A stretch of DNA of 56,118 nucleotides, filler included, from Circinaria calcarea (Eukaryota): the NCBI GenBank assembly GCA_051942165.1. It is 5 parts of 5 records of this genome, joined end to end, with 100 filler letters (N's around TTAATTAATTAA, not from the genome) between each part and the next. Parts side by side here need not be neighbours in the genome. Positions count along the whole stretch, not along the records: positions 1 to 11,157 come from JAVECS010000704.1; positions 11,258 to 22,411 come from JAVECS010000705.1; 3 more parts are not named here. The stretch is one strand, 5' to 3'. How positions within the stretch are numbered: position 1 is the stretch's first letter; each line of letters begins with the position of its first letter. Under the pieces are notes generated by a model that saw nothing but the letters and a program-made list of their open reading frames with translations, made no database searches and had not been told where the DNA came from. The position numbers and the translations under genes are program-made. Below are positions 1 through 12,247 of the stretch, piece by piece.

Positions 1-51
1 AGATTAATCCGGATTGCCAAAAAGTAGAATTGCCCAGTATAGATCCCTTCA

Positions 52-1989
52 TCAACGCTTAATCAAGACGGTCCTCGCAACACTAGGTACCCCAGCAGAG
101 TTCAGTGCAAACAGCATCCAATACCCGGGAAGCGCAATACCCGGATCACCTGGCACCGTCACCGTATACGTGAGCCCGGAAGCCCTCGCTGTAAGCGGGA
201 TCCGTCGCTGATCCGTATTGACTGTATGGGTAGTTGAGCCAAAACGCACGAGGGAGAAGCTGCTGACAGCCGAGTTCATGGTGATGGTAATGGTACCACC
301 AACCGTTACATCCGTGGGTGAGACCGAGTTGATGGTAGGTCTGGTAGCTCTCGCACCACTAGCGGTAAACAGGTAAGGTGGGCTGTACACTTCAGCGTCG
401 AAATGATTAACTCCACAACCCGGACCGCAAAGGCCGCCACCGCCGTTGATGACAGTGGCATCGGGCATAAGTAATGCAATGCTATGGTAGGTGCGCGGGA
501 TAGCCATTGGGCTGAGAGTTGTAAAACCAGAGGTTACTGGGTCCCACATCTCTGGCTGTAATACGGGGAAATCGTCTGTAAATTGTCTGCCGTAAGTCTG
601 ACCGCCTGTGACGAAAACTTTGCCATCAGGTAACACGACGCTGTTGGCGTAAAGGCGGCGGTAGGTCATTGAGCTGACTTTAGCAACTGACGCCGTTGCC
701 CCAGGCCTGTCTATGGTAATGACATGCGCATTTGACGTAGCATCCGAGTTCACGTAATTCGGCGAACCTCCAACGGTTAGGATCTTGCCGTTCAAGGCAT
801 CGTACATGACAGCATTGCCGGACATCGAGTCCGGGTCGGTACCTCGATTGCCTGCACCTGTCCGAGTGCCGCCTCCACTTGTCCCATACCAGTTCATCGC
901 CTTGCTAGGACCTGCTTGAAAGACGAAGCCGTCTTTCCATCCGAATAGCCAGGCATGGTTATCCTGGCGATATACACCTTCTATGTCCGCAGTGAGCATG
1001 GGTACAACAGGGCATCCAGGTAACAAGGACCATGCGTTTGAGGTAGGATCGTATATTTCGCCGTTCTTATTGCCAGTCCCACCACTCCACGAGCCGCCAA
1101 TGGTAAACGTACGCCCATCTGACAGCGTGACTCCCGACTGATATCCTCGGGTAATCTTCATCGTTGCCCCTGTAACCCAGGCGCCTGAGCCTGGACTGTA
1201 AATACTCGTCTTACCGGCGTCATTACCGCCAGTGACAAATATTCGGCCGGTGCCATCTATCGAGAGACCTGGACAAAACATGTCGTGTGCTGTTTCGGTA
1301 ACATCCCGCTGTGATACCACGCTGGTTGCTGGATCGTAGGTACTAGTAACCGTCACGCCAAGTGGGCCTCCACCAAAACTATCTGGAGAAAAAGATGACC
1401 ACGTGAGTAGCTTCCCAGTGCCTTGCTCAATTGCAGCGGCGACAGGGACGATAGGAAAATCAATTGTAGGGCCCCACTGCCCCCGATCGGTCGGCGGAGC
1501 TGTGTAACTGGTCGAGGCAAACACGTTGATCTCCGCTGCGCTAGTCCACGGCCCGCGACCACCAGCTTCTGAGAGAGCAGTCAGACGCACATATCGCGCA
1601 GGCCGAGTCACAAAAGTTGTTTTCTTCACTGTAGCGTCGTCACGATAGCTCCCAATTGCAACGGGCGCGCCCCAACTCTTTCCGTCAAGGCTCAATTCAA
1701 TGGTATGCTGTCCAATGTTACCATTGCTAACTCCGTCCTGGCGAGGTTGGTATGCCAAAGCATTCACGTTGTGCGTAGTTTTCATGTCAATCGTGATATT
1801 GTGCGGAAAGGGGACATTGGTCGGGTTAGATTGAGTATGCCAGATCGAGTCCTTGGCGCCATCGAAGACCTTAGCCGGCTCGTTGCCGGATTGAAAGCTG
1901 TCAGCCGTAACGGTCCAGCCACTTCGATCGACCTGCGCTACGGCAAATTGTATCACTAACAACGTGAAGGTCGCGTACGTTCGTAGCAT
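52..1989 (-). CDS. Secreted galactose oxidase-like copper radical oxidase (CAZy AA5_2) with N-terminal CBM32/F5-8 type C domain, kelch propeller and C-terminal Ig-like domain; intronless
   Basis: 645-aa ORF with a signal peptide (MLRTYATFTLLVIQFAVA). Copper-radical motifs are all present: HDMFCPG (Cys), RGYQS (Tyr), GGSWSGG (Trp), RTYHS (Tyr-His) and THTVN (His). The CBM32 signature WTVTADS...RYVRLTALSEAGG..WTSAAEINV is also present. Confidence 0.95.
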   Translation of the reverse strand: MLRTYATFTLLVIQFAVAQVDRSGWTVTADSFQSGNEPAKVFDGAKDSIWHTQSNPTNVPFPHNITIDMKTTHNVNALAYQPRQDGVSNGNIGQHTIELSLDGKSWGAPVAIGSYRDDATVKKTTFVTRPARYVRLTALSEAGGRGPWTSAAEINVFASTSYTAPPTDRGQWGPTIDFPIVPVAAAIEQGTGKLLTWSSFSPDSFGGGPLGVTVTSTYDPATSVVSQRDVTETAHDMFCPGLSIDGTGRIFVTGGNDAGKTSIYSPGSGAWVTGATMKITRGYQSGVTLSDGRTFTIGGSWSGGTGNKNGEIYDPTSNAWSLLPGCPVVPMLTADIEGVYRQDNHAWLFGWKDGFVFQAGPSKAMNWYGTSGGGTRTGAGNRGTDPDSMSGNAVMYDALNGKILTVGGSPNYVNSDATSNAHVITIDRPGATASVAKVSSMTYRRLYANSVVLPDGKVFVTGGQTYGRQFTDDFPVLQPEMWDPVTSGFTTLSPMAIPRTYHSIALLMPDATVINGGGGLCGPGCGVNHFDAEVYSPPYLFTASGARATRPTINSVSPTDVTVGGTITITMNSAVSSFSLVRFGSTTHTVNTDQRRIPLTARASGLTYTVTVPGDPGIALPGYWMLFALNSAGVPSVARTVLIKR

Positions 1990-3310
1990 TTTCAGAGGCG
2001 TTATTTGGAAATGGAGTAAGAGCCTTCCGAATCTTATACAAGGGTGGAGAAGCTAAATGAGAGAATCATATGCTACTAGTGTCGGAAGGTATTAGGTTTG
2101 AATTTTTCTAGCGATTGAAAGATGAACGCTATGATCGTATAAGAGAGTGTATCAATGTCTTTATGTGCGTAGAAAAGGACATGGGGCTATACTCCAGCCG
2201 TTGAAGTCTGATGTAAATTAAGCGGGTGATTATCAGCAAATAAAGCTGTAGGACAAGGACAAGTTCCAGGAGATGACAAGAAGAGTGCGGAGAGATGTAG
2301 GGAAGCAGAGACTATTTATCTGGCAAACAATGATGACATGGAAGTGCGAGAATAGTGCATCTCAAGACCGGGTGAGAGATTATAGTAACGTACAGAAACC
2401 CCCATGCTATCCCAGATCCCGTGTAGGCCTACATGCAGCCTTGAGTCCTTGATGCAATACCGCAGTAGAGTTGTCCGAAAGAGGGAGCGAGAGCCGAAGT
2501 GCATGTAGCTTACTTGCAGACGTTCAACTCACTCGCATTTTCGGGTCCTAGCGTTTCCTAATACGAACAGTTTCTGTGCCAAAGGAGATTTGCTCAGGTA
2601 AACACAAGCGGTTTGATTTTGGCCAATCGGTTCCTTCTGGCCTGCCAAAAGGTCCATCCTAGGACGGATTCCAGCAGACCTCTCCTCGCTCTCTATGCGT
2701 ATTAGCAGAGCTGACTTGGCCCTTAAGGTCGTCGACCGCCAACAAGGCTATCAGCTTGGCAATTTCGCCATATGCATGTAAGATCCACAGCAGATGGCAG
2801 GATCCAAACACTACATGTAGGCCGACGGTCCAGCTAACACGTAGGAGACTATAACGAAAACAATTGCTTGATGGGAAGGTCATGTGGTCAGCTGTGACGG
2901 ATGGAGCAGAAAGCCATCCAAACTCGGATGGATAAGAAACCATTCGTTTCGATGTCATGGGTGTGTGAATGAACGAATTGCTCTGTCGGATAGCACAGAT
3001 CCCCGCATGAGGATTGAGGCTAGAGGGATGATGCGGGGTGAAGGAGATGCGGGTCAATTAAGACGCGCATAAGTTGTTGAAAAGAAGCCCTCGTATCAAA
3101 ACAACGGTGCGGCCCCCCACATCATATCTTCGTGCGGCACGTGCCACACCCGGTGAGGACCCGACTGAATAGCTCTTGGCGAAGTGACATGCATGTAGCC
3201 TGCACTACTTGGAGGATTCCTACGCCCTGGAAGATTGCACGTCCAAGTACTAAGCGTTGCGGTAAAGTGAACTGATTGAGAACACGACGCTCCCCGACAA
3301 GGCACTGACT

Positions 3311-3342
3311 GTGCTCGACTGTACTCGACTGTACTCGACTGT
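3311..3342. repeat. Short tandem repeat, 10-bp unit GT(A/G)CTCGACT, about 3 copies
   Basis: Read directly: gtgctcgact gtactcgact gtactcgact gt. Confidence 0.8.
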
Positions 3343-4577
3343 CCCCCGTTTGAGAAAGCTGTACCCGTTGGTAGACAACGAACGGCAGCTTCGGTTGGCA
3401 ACTCTTGGACGATGCTGATGCATGGACGGGATATTGTATCTTCCGCAATGCGAAGTATGTGCTGTACGGACATTCGGATCGACGCTAAGCCTACCACTAG
3501 CCTCGGCGGGTCTTTGCGGTAATAATAGCCCCCGTGCCCCTCACCATCCGAAAGTAACAGAAAACAGGAGGGGGGAACCACCCAGACCGCCAACGGTAGC
3601 ACTATTATTTGAACCCAATTCTGCTGATATGCCCTCCATGTCTTTGATTGCGCCACACGCGCTTTCAGTTGCCATTCATTGACACAACAAACCATGTCCG
3701 TGTCGGCCTAGCAGATAGGCGGTTCGATTTGGCCCGTACGAGGCTGACACCGCGGAAGCTTCCCGATATATTCAAGCTAACGGTATCGGTGGTCGATAAA
3801 GGCTTAAATCAAAATCGGCACGGGTTGTATCGTTGGAGGGACTCTATTGACGGTGTTCCGGGAGCTACAGGCGAGTCAAGTCCAGCGCCACAGACGCCGA
3901 CAGTTGAACGGCCGAGCAGTGCTGTATGTACAACGGACGGGCCAATGATATCCAAAATCTTGGAAGCAGAACGAGGGAACTATCGAAGTTTGCAGCATGA
4001 TCCGACCTTCATATCAGGGAATCCACAGCATCCGTCCTCCCAATGTTTCCCAGCGCAGACCGAGGAACTGCCCAAGGCATCCAAGCACGTGGTCCCCTCC
4101 TGCATACCCAACAGCGCCAAAAGTCCCCCACGAGCCGGCAAACCATGCATATCCCAGTCACGGAAAGATAAGCCTCGTGCGACCCATGGTGTCGCATCCT
4201 CTGCAACCAGGCTCTTGTTCCGATGGATGTCTACAGCACTTGCAGGCAAACGGGCCCACTAAACCGTGTATGTCAGAGCAATGATGCATAAGTCGCTAGC
4301 CCTTTCTATTACCGTTCAAGTCCCCAAATACCACATCGTTGCCTGCCAGACTGCCCTATGATTTGCACATCACCAACCATGAATCACAGTTCGATCATAA
4401 TTTCCATTGGTAATGTACTTGTGTGCGTTGATAGTAGTAAAATAAACCAGAATTGTGTATATCGCAGAATCATTAACGAGGTCGCCATGTATCTTACTTT
4501 AAAGGTGAGCGCATTGGAAAAGAGTGTGGCCAATGACTAATGCTCAACACTTTTACCATACCGCCTCTTGGCAGGTG

Positions 4578-5973
4578 CTATGAGGTCTTACAGGACGTGA
4601 CCGCCTGTCCAGCCGATATTGCTTTCCAAGTACAACTCTTTGCCTCCTCCAGCGCGTTGGTTTTCCAGGGCTCGACTTGCTCAAAGATAGTGATGTTAAC
4701 ATGTGGTGGCAAAGCATTCGATCCTACGAGGAAGCGCTGTTAGTGAGAGTAACGACAGATAGCAAGGATTGGGGCCACATAGTGTACCATTAAGATTCCT
4801 TTCCTTTCTCTTCGTCCACCTTCGACCCTTCGAGGTGGGTGATTTCCTATAAAATGCCCTTCCCCCTTGCGGTGGCTGTCCTGGGTGCGAGATACAAATT
4901 CCCGACAGCGCATCCAGGGCTGTCTGGATTTGCTTCCAAGTAAGAACAATGGTTACGGTGGTAGAAATAGCAACGTGACAGGTGCCTATATAGCACAAAT
5001 CAGCCCATGAGAAGTATCAATAGCACAGCCTTCGTGCTCACTGGATGCAAGAAACTTGATTTCTTCAGGGTGAAGCTGCAAATTGTCCGCAGATGAACTA
5101 ATCTGTTCCTGTAGCTGCGTGCAATCCACTGTTTTCGGACTTCCCAATTTTGCATCACACTCGTAGGTCATATGGCTGACAGATGATCCCAAAGATGTCC
5201 ACCAGGGCCGCTGCGCTCCTCGAGGCCACATGGACAAACCGGCGTCATCAAACATGTGAGACAGAGTCTGCCAATTGAGGTGATTCATAGAGCCTAGAGT
5301 TGCTGCCATTGAGCGCCCAGAAAAATATCCAGCGAAGAAGGTTGGGATGGCAGGATCGAAATTGCCTGGAGACTCCCGTCCACTTCCCGAGCCTTTTACT
5401 GTGACCGTAAGAAAGGCAGTAGATGGTACTTTCGACTCAAGTGGTATGTGTTAGCGGCACTCATATGATAAAACAGATTGCAGGTCTTACAATACGGAGA
5501 TCGCACCCCGAAATTCGGGTTCTCAAGGTGTTGCACCATTGCCCCCAGGTTGTGTGTGATAAACCCCCCGTTACCTGAGTTCATCACACATTGGTTGATG
5601 ACCCACCCTGCCAGTCCCCGTATTATATCAGGACTGACCGAATAGCTTGTGGGTAAAGAAGGTCCTGCCACTTCAACCGAGATTATACATTCACCTGAGA
5701 TTGGATGTCAGTGAGTCGCTATCGCAGAAGGGGTTGCCTGTCTGAAGACTGACCCTGTACCCGAGAGGATGGTAAAGAGAATACGAAAGGATATAGAGTT
5801 CCTAGTTGATTAACTACCTGATACGTCAGGGTACCCGGGGAGTGAGGGAGGCGGTCCGCTGCCTGAAAACACTGCAGAGTTGAGAGGCCAGTCCCATAGT
5901 GTGGACTACAGATTGAGAAACCCGGGTTTTGAGGAGTAATTATTAGTGGACCGGTGTAGCGCATAGCGGCCAT
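4578..5973 (-). CDS. Multi-exon Cys-rich hypothetical protein with two similar small alpha/beta domains (KP4/Ecp2-like cysteine spacing)
   Basis: ORF pieces 5719-5973, 5396-5671, 4986-5309 and 4696-4998 join through GT..AG introns. A last exon reads GSNALPPHVNITIFEQ...CTWKAISAGQAVTSCKTS* with the stop at 4578-4580. Both halves share the pattern C..(Y/L)G.....C...LP/L...C.(I/V).(V/I)...I...A/L..(V/L)...C...GG. The start codon is uncertain. Confidence 0.65.
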
Positions 5974-6873
5974 CTCTTTGGTTTTTAAATGATCAAAGAA
6001 ATAGTTGCAAGAGATTACAGGAATTGAAAGAGGGAGACTGACCGGAGATAGCTCCGTATCTTTATATCATAGCATCTTATAGTTTGCAGGGGCATATTGC
6101 CGGTTGTCGCTTTGTCCAAGAGTGCGCAAGACTACCGTGGACCAAACAACAGCATGTTCGCAATAGATTGCCTGTATCGGGCGGATGTTCATGAAACGAG
6201 AGCGTAGAAGGCTGGCAATTACGTGATTTAACACGGTAGTTCTCCCAAGAGTACATGTGCAGGCAGTAGAACAGGATGGAATGAGAAATACCTCGTGCAG
6301 GACAGGTATGGTAGACATGGTGAACCTCAGATCATTCACTGAGGCTCGAGCGTACAGTACGAACCCTATCCCGTTCTTTGATCGACTACAGAGAGAAGAC
6401 CTCAGAGTGTAGAAGAGCGCGAGCCCGAATACCGGATTACCGCAACGTTCGTCATATCAGTCGGCTATTAAAAATTCCCGCCGTTCCCGGGCACGACTGG
6501 TGGCGCAGTCGGAATCTGCAGAATGTGATGACGGAGCGGTAATTTTAAGCGAGAACGTGGTTTGGAAGGTCATCAATCACTTGACCTGCATCCTAACCCT
6601 ATTAGGACCACCAGTAGCATAATAAGATTACTCAGTAGGGCTTATCGATAGCGAGGTAACAAAACCCCGAGCTTGAGATGGATGGTCAACTTTCTGCTTT
6701 GTGGAAAGCCCATTCTGTCCGAATTGAAATGTATCATCCGGCTCCTTGTATGGCTCTGGTAATGGACTTCAACGCCGTACCCAGCCAATGTCTACGACTT
6801 CATCTCGCCTAACCCACGCCATCTTCACCCGCACTCAAACATCACTGTCCGGTACCCGCTTCCTACACGAACC

Positions 6874-9800
6874 ATGCATCTTTCCTCTATCACAGCGCTA
6901 GCATCCGGTAAATACGTTGACCAAGCTAGCCCTCTATAGGTATTAATCATACGCTGTATAGACATCCTTGTCCATAATCTAAATACGTTTTTTGCAGGAG
7001 GGTCGCCTCCTGCTGAGTCGGGAATACCGAATGGCAAACCTGCGAGGAAGCGGAGAAAAGTAGCCCATGACCAAAATACCGACCAGGCCAAAGAAAATGG
7101 GGGGTGGGAGGACTCTCTGGTTCTTGCTCGAGTGAAAATTGATCTAGTAAGGATTTTATTAAAGCTCGACATTCGACGCTGACGGATTCTGAATGGCTCT
7201 ACCAGCATACTAGATACATCAGTTCCATTGCCACCGGAACCATTTTTCGAAAACAGCGGCTCGATACTGGTTCATAAATCTGATACATGCGCTGAAAAGG
7301 ACAACAGTTTGGTATTGAGAAGATTGGATGGAACAGCCCTGGGCGAACTTTATCTGAACTCAACTACGAATTTTGAGACGTCTCGAATATTACACAGCAC
7401 CATTAAACTGCAACAAGCCAAAAAGTGCAGTTATGCCAAGGGCACCTTCTGCATTACTAGAGACATTGATGTCGCATCTAAACGCATACACTTCAAGATG
7501 GAGGTCAGGATATTGTGGAGAAATTCGAAGAGTCTCAGCGAGGCACGTTCAGACTCTCAAAACGAGTTGCTCCTTTCCCTTACACCGGGAATTCATTCTG
7601 GTTTGCCCGAGTCTTGGTCGCCTCGGGACTTCTACGACAATGTGCATGTCCCTGATAGCACAAGCGAGACTCCGAATATTATGCAGGCTTATGAAATCGA
7701 ATGTCAACTATATCCATTCCAAAAGAGGGCAGTTCAGTGGCTTCTGATGCGCGAGGGTGTGGATCTCCCCGGGAAGTCGGAGAATGCTGAACAAAGCGAC
7801 GAGGACGAGAGTAGCCTTCCGCATGGGTTCTTCCGTGCCAAGGATGCACAAGGTAGAGATTGCCTTGTCAACCACTGGCTAGGAATCGTGACTACCGACG
7901 AAAAGATTTTGGAGGGAGAGTCACAGCTCCGTGGTGGTATCCTGGCTGAAGAAATGGGCCTGGGAAAAACCGTGGAAATATTGGCATTGATATCGTTACA
8001 TAAACGTTCAGTGGACCCTAACTGTGCTTTACCAACCCAGGATGTCCGTCCGTCATCCCGGGCGACTCTCATTATCACCCCTCCATCCATTCTGCAGCAG
8101 TGGAACGCTGAGATCCGGAGGCTTGCCCCAAGTTTCACATTGCTGATTTACGATGGCATCCGCAATCTTTCCAGTGAAGAAGACAACGACGAGACCCTTA
8201 CTCGATTGATCAATCACGATATTGTACTAACCACGTACAATGTGCTAGCAAGCGAAATCTATTACTCGGGAGTAACCCCAGATCGTAGCCTCCGACATGA
8301 GAAAAAATACGAAAGAAGGCAATCTCCGCTCGTGCAGATTGACTGGTGGCGCGTCGTCCTTGACGAATGTCAAATGGTTGAAAGCGGCGTAAGCAACGCA
8401 GCTAAAGTCGCTCGGCTGATCCCTAGAATAAATGCATGGGCTGTCTCTGGAACTCCACTGAAGAAGGATGCCAAGGATCTGCTGGGGCTTCTTATTTTCC
8501 TACGCTATCGACCCTATTGTTATTCAACACAAATCTGGCAACGGTTGGTCACTAGGCATAAACCTGTGCTGAAGCAGCTCTTTAAAGCAATAGCCCTACG
8601 GCACACGAAGGAGCTGGTGAAGGGAGATATACAGTTGCCGCCACAAAAAAGAGTCGTACTCACTATTCCGTTTACACAGGTCGAGGAGCAACACTATGCC
8701 AATCTCTATCAACAAATGTGCGAGGAGTGTGGTCTAGATATCGAAGGAGCTCCACTGATGGACACCTGGGATCCGAAGTCTCCTTCTGTAATTGAGAAGA
8801 TGCGCACTTGGCTTACTCGGCTACGTCAGACTTGCCTGCACCCAGAGGTCGGAGATCGCAATAGGCGGGCTTTAGGCCACGGCAATGGACCGCTTCGTAC
8901 TGTAGGCGAAGTTCTTCAAGTCATGATAGAGCAAAATGACACCGCCAGCCGAGCGGATGAACGATTGCTATTACTATCTCAACTTCGTAGAGGCCAAATA
9001 CTTGAGCATGCCGAACATAGCCAAGAAGCCCTCCAAATCTGGCTCAAGACTCTTGATCATTCGCGGTTGATTGTAAAGGATTGCAGACAACAGCTTCTCG
9101 TCGAGACACAGGCTGCTGGACCATTTGGCGGTAGCCCACAGCTCGTCAACGGGCAAGAATCAGACGGTGGCTCGACTAATCGTACGGGCTTATTACGTTT
9201 GAGACTCCGATCAGCCCTTGAGATTGAGCATGTCAGCACTTTCTTTGTAGCCAACGCATACTATCAGCTCAAGACCGATGAACAACTTACCTCAGCGAAC
9301 TCCGCTCAATTCCAAGAACTCGAAAGGGCAGAAACAGAAACGTACGAGAAGGCCAAATTGCTAAGGAAAGAGATGCTCACAGAAACATATGCCAAGGCAG
9401 AGGCATTCATGTCGATCATAAGAAGCAGGGCGCAGGACCGAAGCTATGTAACGATACCAAACTTCACCCCCTTCAAGTTCTCCGGGGGCATCGAATCCCG
9501 CAATATTTTATCTAGGCTGGAGGAGCTGGCCGACCTATTGAACAGACAGGCCGAGCAGCTAGACGAGTGGCGAGAGAAGATGATACAGCTGTTGACGGTA
9601 CCGCTTGTGGATCAGGATGAAGATGACTTGCAAGGTGATGAATATGAGATATCGACAAGGCAACAGGAAGAAGTCTACGTATATCTGGAAGCGTTAAGAG
9701 CACTTGTTGCAGATCGCCATGACGCTCTTAGTGGTCAGAGTAATGAGCTCATCAAGCATGAAACGGCCTTTGCACTGGAAAGGGCCAAGGAAGGGGCAGG

Positions 9801-11157
9801 GCACTCTCCCGATCTCCTTAGACAACTCCTAGCTGTAAGGTCAGGATTGAAGCCAGGGGAAGGTCTTGGTTCAATACGAGGCATCGTCACGGAACTTCGA
9901 GTACTAAAAACTGCGCAGAATGCAAGTTCCCGGGCGAATACAGAGGCTGCTATAATGGGCAATGTCTTACAGATTCTGCAAAACGATGCAACCAAGCAAG
10001 CTAAAGCCGTCTCTGGTCTCGAGCGGGAACTTGATATTTACAGAGATACAATGAACGCTCGACTCGAGTATTATCGCCAGTTACAAGCGATTTCGGATGC
10101 CGTTGCGCCTTACGAGGAGGACCTGTCTGAGGATACATTACGGACAATCCTTGAAGAAATGAAAGGTACCGAAGTCAAACTTCAGGCAAAAATCGACACT
10201 TTGAAAGCAAGAGGACGTTATCTTCTCCATCTGCGAGACGAATCTGCAGCCGAGAATACCCAACGCATGTGTATAATATGTCAGCAGCCTTTCGAGGTTG
10301 GAGCTTTGACTTCTTGCGGACATTCCTACTGCAAAGAATGTCTTCGCATCTGGTGGAACACCCACAGAAATTGCCCAACTTGCAAGAAGCATCTTTCCAG
10401 GAACGACTTTCATCAGATTTCGTATGTTCCCCAATTGTTAGATTACTACGTTGAGATCTAACCCAGCTTTAGATACAAACCATTGAAGCTGAGTATGCAG
10501 GAGGAAATACCTACGAAGATGTCAGAAGTTGAGTCTATAGTCAAAGCTACTTCCATATATTCGGGTATCAACAAAGCCACCCTCAACCAGATTCAGAACA
10601 TCGACGTAGAGGGTTCTTTTGGCACTAAAGTCGACACCCTTGCGCGTCATTTACTATGGATTCGGGACAATGACCCAGGAGCGAAGTCAATCGTGTTCTC
10701 CCAATTCAAGGATTTTCTTGACGTTCTCGCAAGAGCTTTTAGCAGATTCAAGATCGGCTTCACAAGTATTGACAAGAAGGATGGAGTTGAGAAATTCAAA
10801 AAAGACCCTAGTGTAGGTATTCCACCGCCAAATGTTGTCAAAAGCCGTATTGTACTAATTGGCTCACAGGTGGAATGCTTCTTCCTCCACGCCAAAGCCC
10901 ACTCGTCCGGCTTGAATCTCGTCAACGCTACACACGTCTTCCTTTGTGAACCACTGATTAACACGGCAATAGAGCTGCAAGCCATCGCTCGTGTCCATCG
11001 GATCGGGCAGCATCACCCCACAGCAGTCTGGATGTATCTCGTCGAAGACACGGTCGAAAAGGCAATCTACGACATCTCGGTCGACCGTCGCTTATCGCAC
11101 ATCAGTCGTTCCTATTCTCACGATACCAACCGCCCGAATGAACCAGAGAACCCCGAT
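6874..11157 (+). CDS. IRC20: IRC20/SHPRH-like SNF2-family helicase with RING E3 ligase domain (3' end cut by the contig edge; 5' exons uncertain)
   Basis: SNF2 motifs LYPFQ, GGILAEEMGLGKT, WWRVVLDECQ, WAVSGTP and LRQTCLHP. C3HC4 RING (CIIC...CGHSYC..C...CPTC). HelicC motifs SIVFSQF, SGLNLVNA and QAIARVHRIGQ. Introns lie near 10423-10472 and 10813-10870. An upstream exon containing PARKRRK sits at about 7000-7146. Confidence 0.88.
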
Positions 11158-11257
11158 NNNNNNNNNNNNNNNNNNNNNNNNNNNNNNNNNNNNNNNNNNN
11201 NTTAATTAATTAANNNNNNNNNNNNNNNNNNNNNNNNNNNNNNNNNNNNNNNNNNNN
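11158..11257. other. Artificial contig linker (44 N + TTAATTAATTAA + 44 N)
   Basis: Exactly 100 nt with a six-frame stop cassette, identical to the other three linkers. Confidence 0.97.
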
Positions 11258-11698
11258 GCCATCATCTCCCCCGGCCGCAACTTCAACATCTACCTCTGCG
11301 CCCCGCACACCCCCATCTACATTGTCCTCAAAATCACAAACGAGTACCCGGACCCGCTCTCGACGCTCTCGCACCTGCTCTGGCGCGGCGCCTCGGCCAT
11401 CACCGAGCACATCCTCCTGCACGGCGACGACCTCTACGCCACGCTCGAGCCACTCGTCCGCGAGCAAGGCCTCGATCCCGGCGACGAGCGCGAGATTTGG
11501 ATCCGCGACCCCCCGCGCCCGCACCGTCAAGGAGGAGGCTCGCCGCACCGGCTCCGGTGGAGCGTGCTGAACACGGCCTTGGGCATCCTCAAGGCCTGGG
11601 TCGATGGCGGCGGCGTGCAGAGGGATCTGTTGGGCAATCTGACCTTTAAGATTTACGAGGGGGCCGAGTATGTGGGCATGGGCATTTATCGGCATTGA
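11258..11698 (+). CDS. 3' part of a hypothetical protein (5' end lost at the contig edge)
   Basis: Open frame from the contig edge: AIISPGRNFNIYLCAPHTPIYIVLKIT...HRLRWSVLNTALGILKAWV...LTFKIYEGAEYVGMGIYRH*. Third codon positions are strongly C/G-biased, so this strand rather than the listed antisense ORF is likely coding. Confidence 0.65.
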   Translation, partial: AIISPGRNFNIYLCAPHTPIYIVLKITNEYPDPLSTLSHLLWRGASAITEHILLHGDDLYATLEPLVREQGLDPGDEREIWIRDPPRPHRQGGGSPHRLRWSVLNTALGILKAWVDGGGVQRDLLGNLTFKIYEGAEYVGMGIYRH

Positions 11699-12247
11699 AA
11701 AAGTCTCGAAGGTGTTTTTTGGTCGTATGTATGCCAGGGGGGGGGCGGAAGGCGAGGAGGCTACTGGAGCAGTTGGAAGCACGGGCTTGCTGAGGTGAGG
11801 AGGTGACTTGGGGATAAGAGGATGATGGACTGTGGGAAGGTCGTTGTCATGGTAAGAAGGGTGATGGGGGACGGTGGACGGGAATGGATTACAAAGAGAG
11901 GACGGAAGAGAGTATTAAGCGATAGGTCTGAGGAAGTGGACGTCTCAGCTTTTGTGCTCGGAAGGTATAAATACATGGGTACAGACTTGCAATTACTATT
12001 CCACAGACCCTATCGTAATAAGCGAGGCATTCAGAGAGAACCCGCACCAAGTCGAACCAAAGAACATCTTAACGAACGGACTCCGGAAAACTTCCTTCCA
12101 ATGCCAATCAACCTTTACTCTGCAAGCCCGCGCTAAAGGTACAAACTATGGTAAAACCAATTCTGCAAGATAAGATTTTTCCCTTGCATATCCTTTCTCG
12201 GAACAGATGTAAACAACCCCCTCTCACGAACCCAGTCTCCAAACAGC

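Noticed and set aside
2300..4300. Several overlapping 100-200 aa ORFs between the oxidase and the Cys-rich gene
   Set aside because: No recognisable motifs, codon bias or consistent splice pattern. Treated as intergenic, although a decayed gene cannot be excluded.
11202..11213. Recurrent TTAATTAATTAA palindrome at about 11.2-kb spacing, resembling a regular repeat or element end
   Set aside because: It is embedded in N runs and is a synthetic six-frame stop linker.
11210..11782. 190-aa minus-strand ORF
   Set aside because: It is the antisense shadow of the GC3-rich plus-strand frame 11258-11698.
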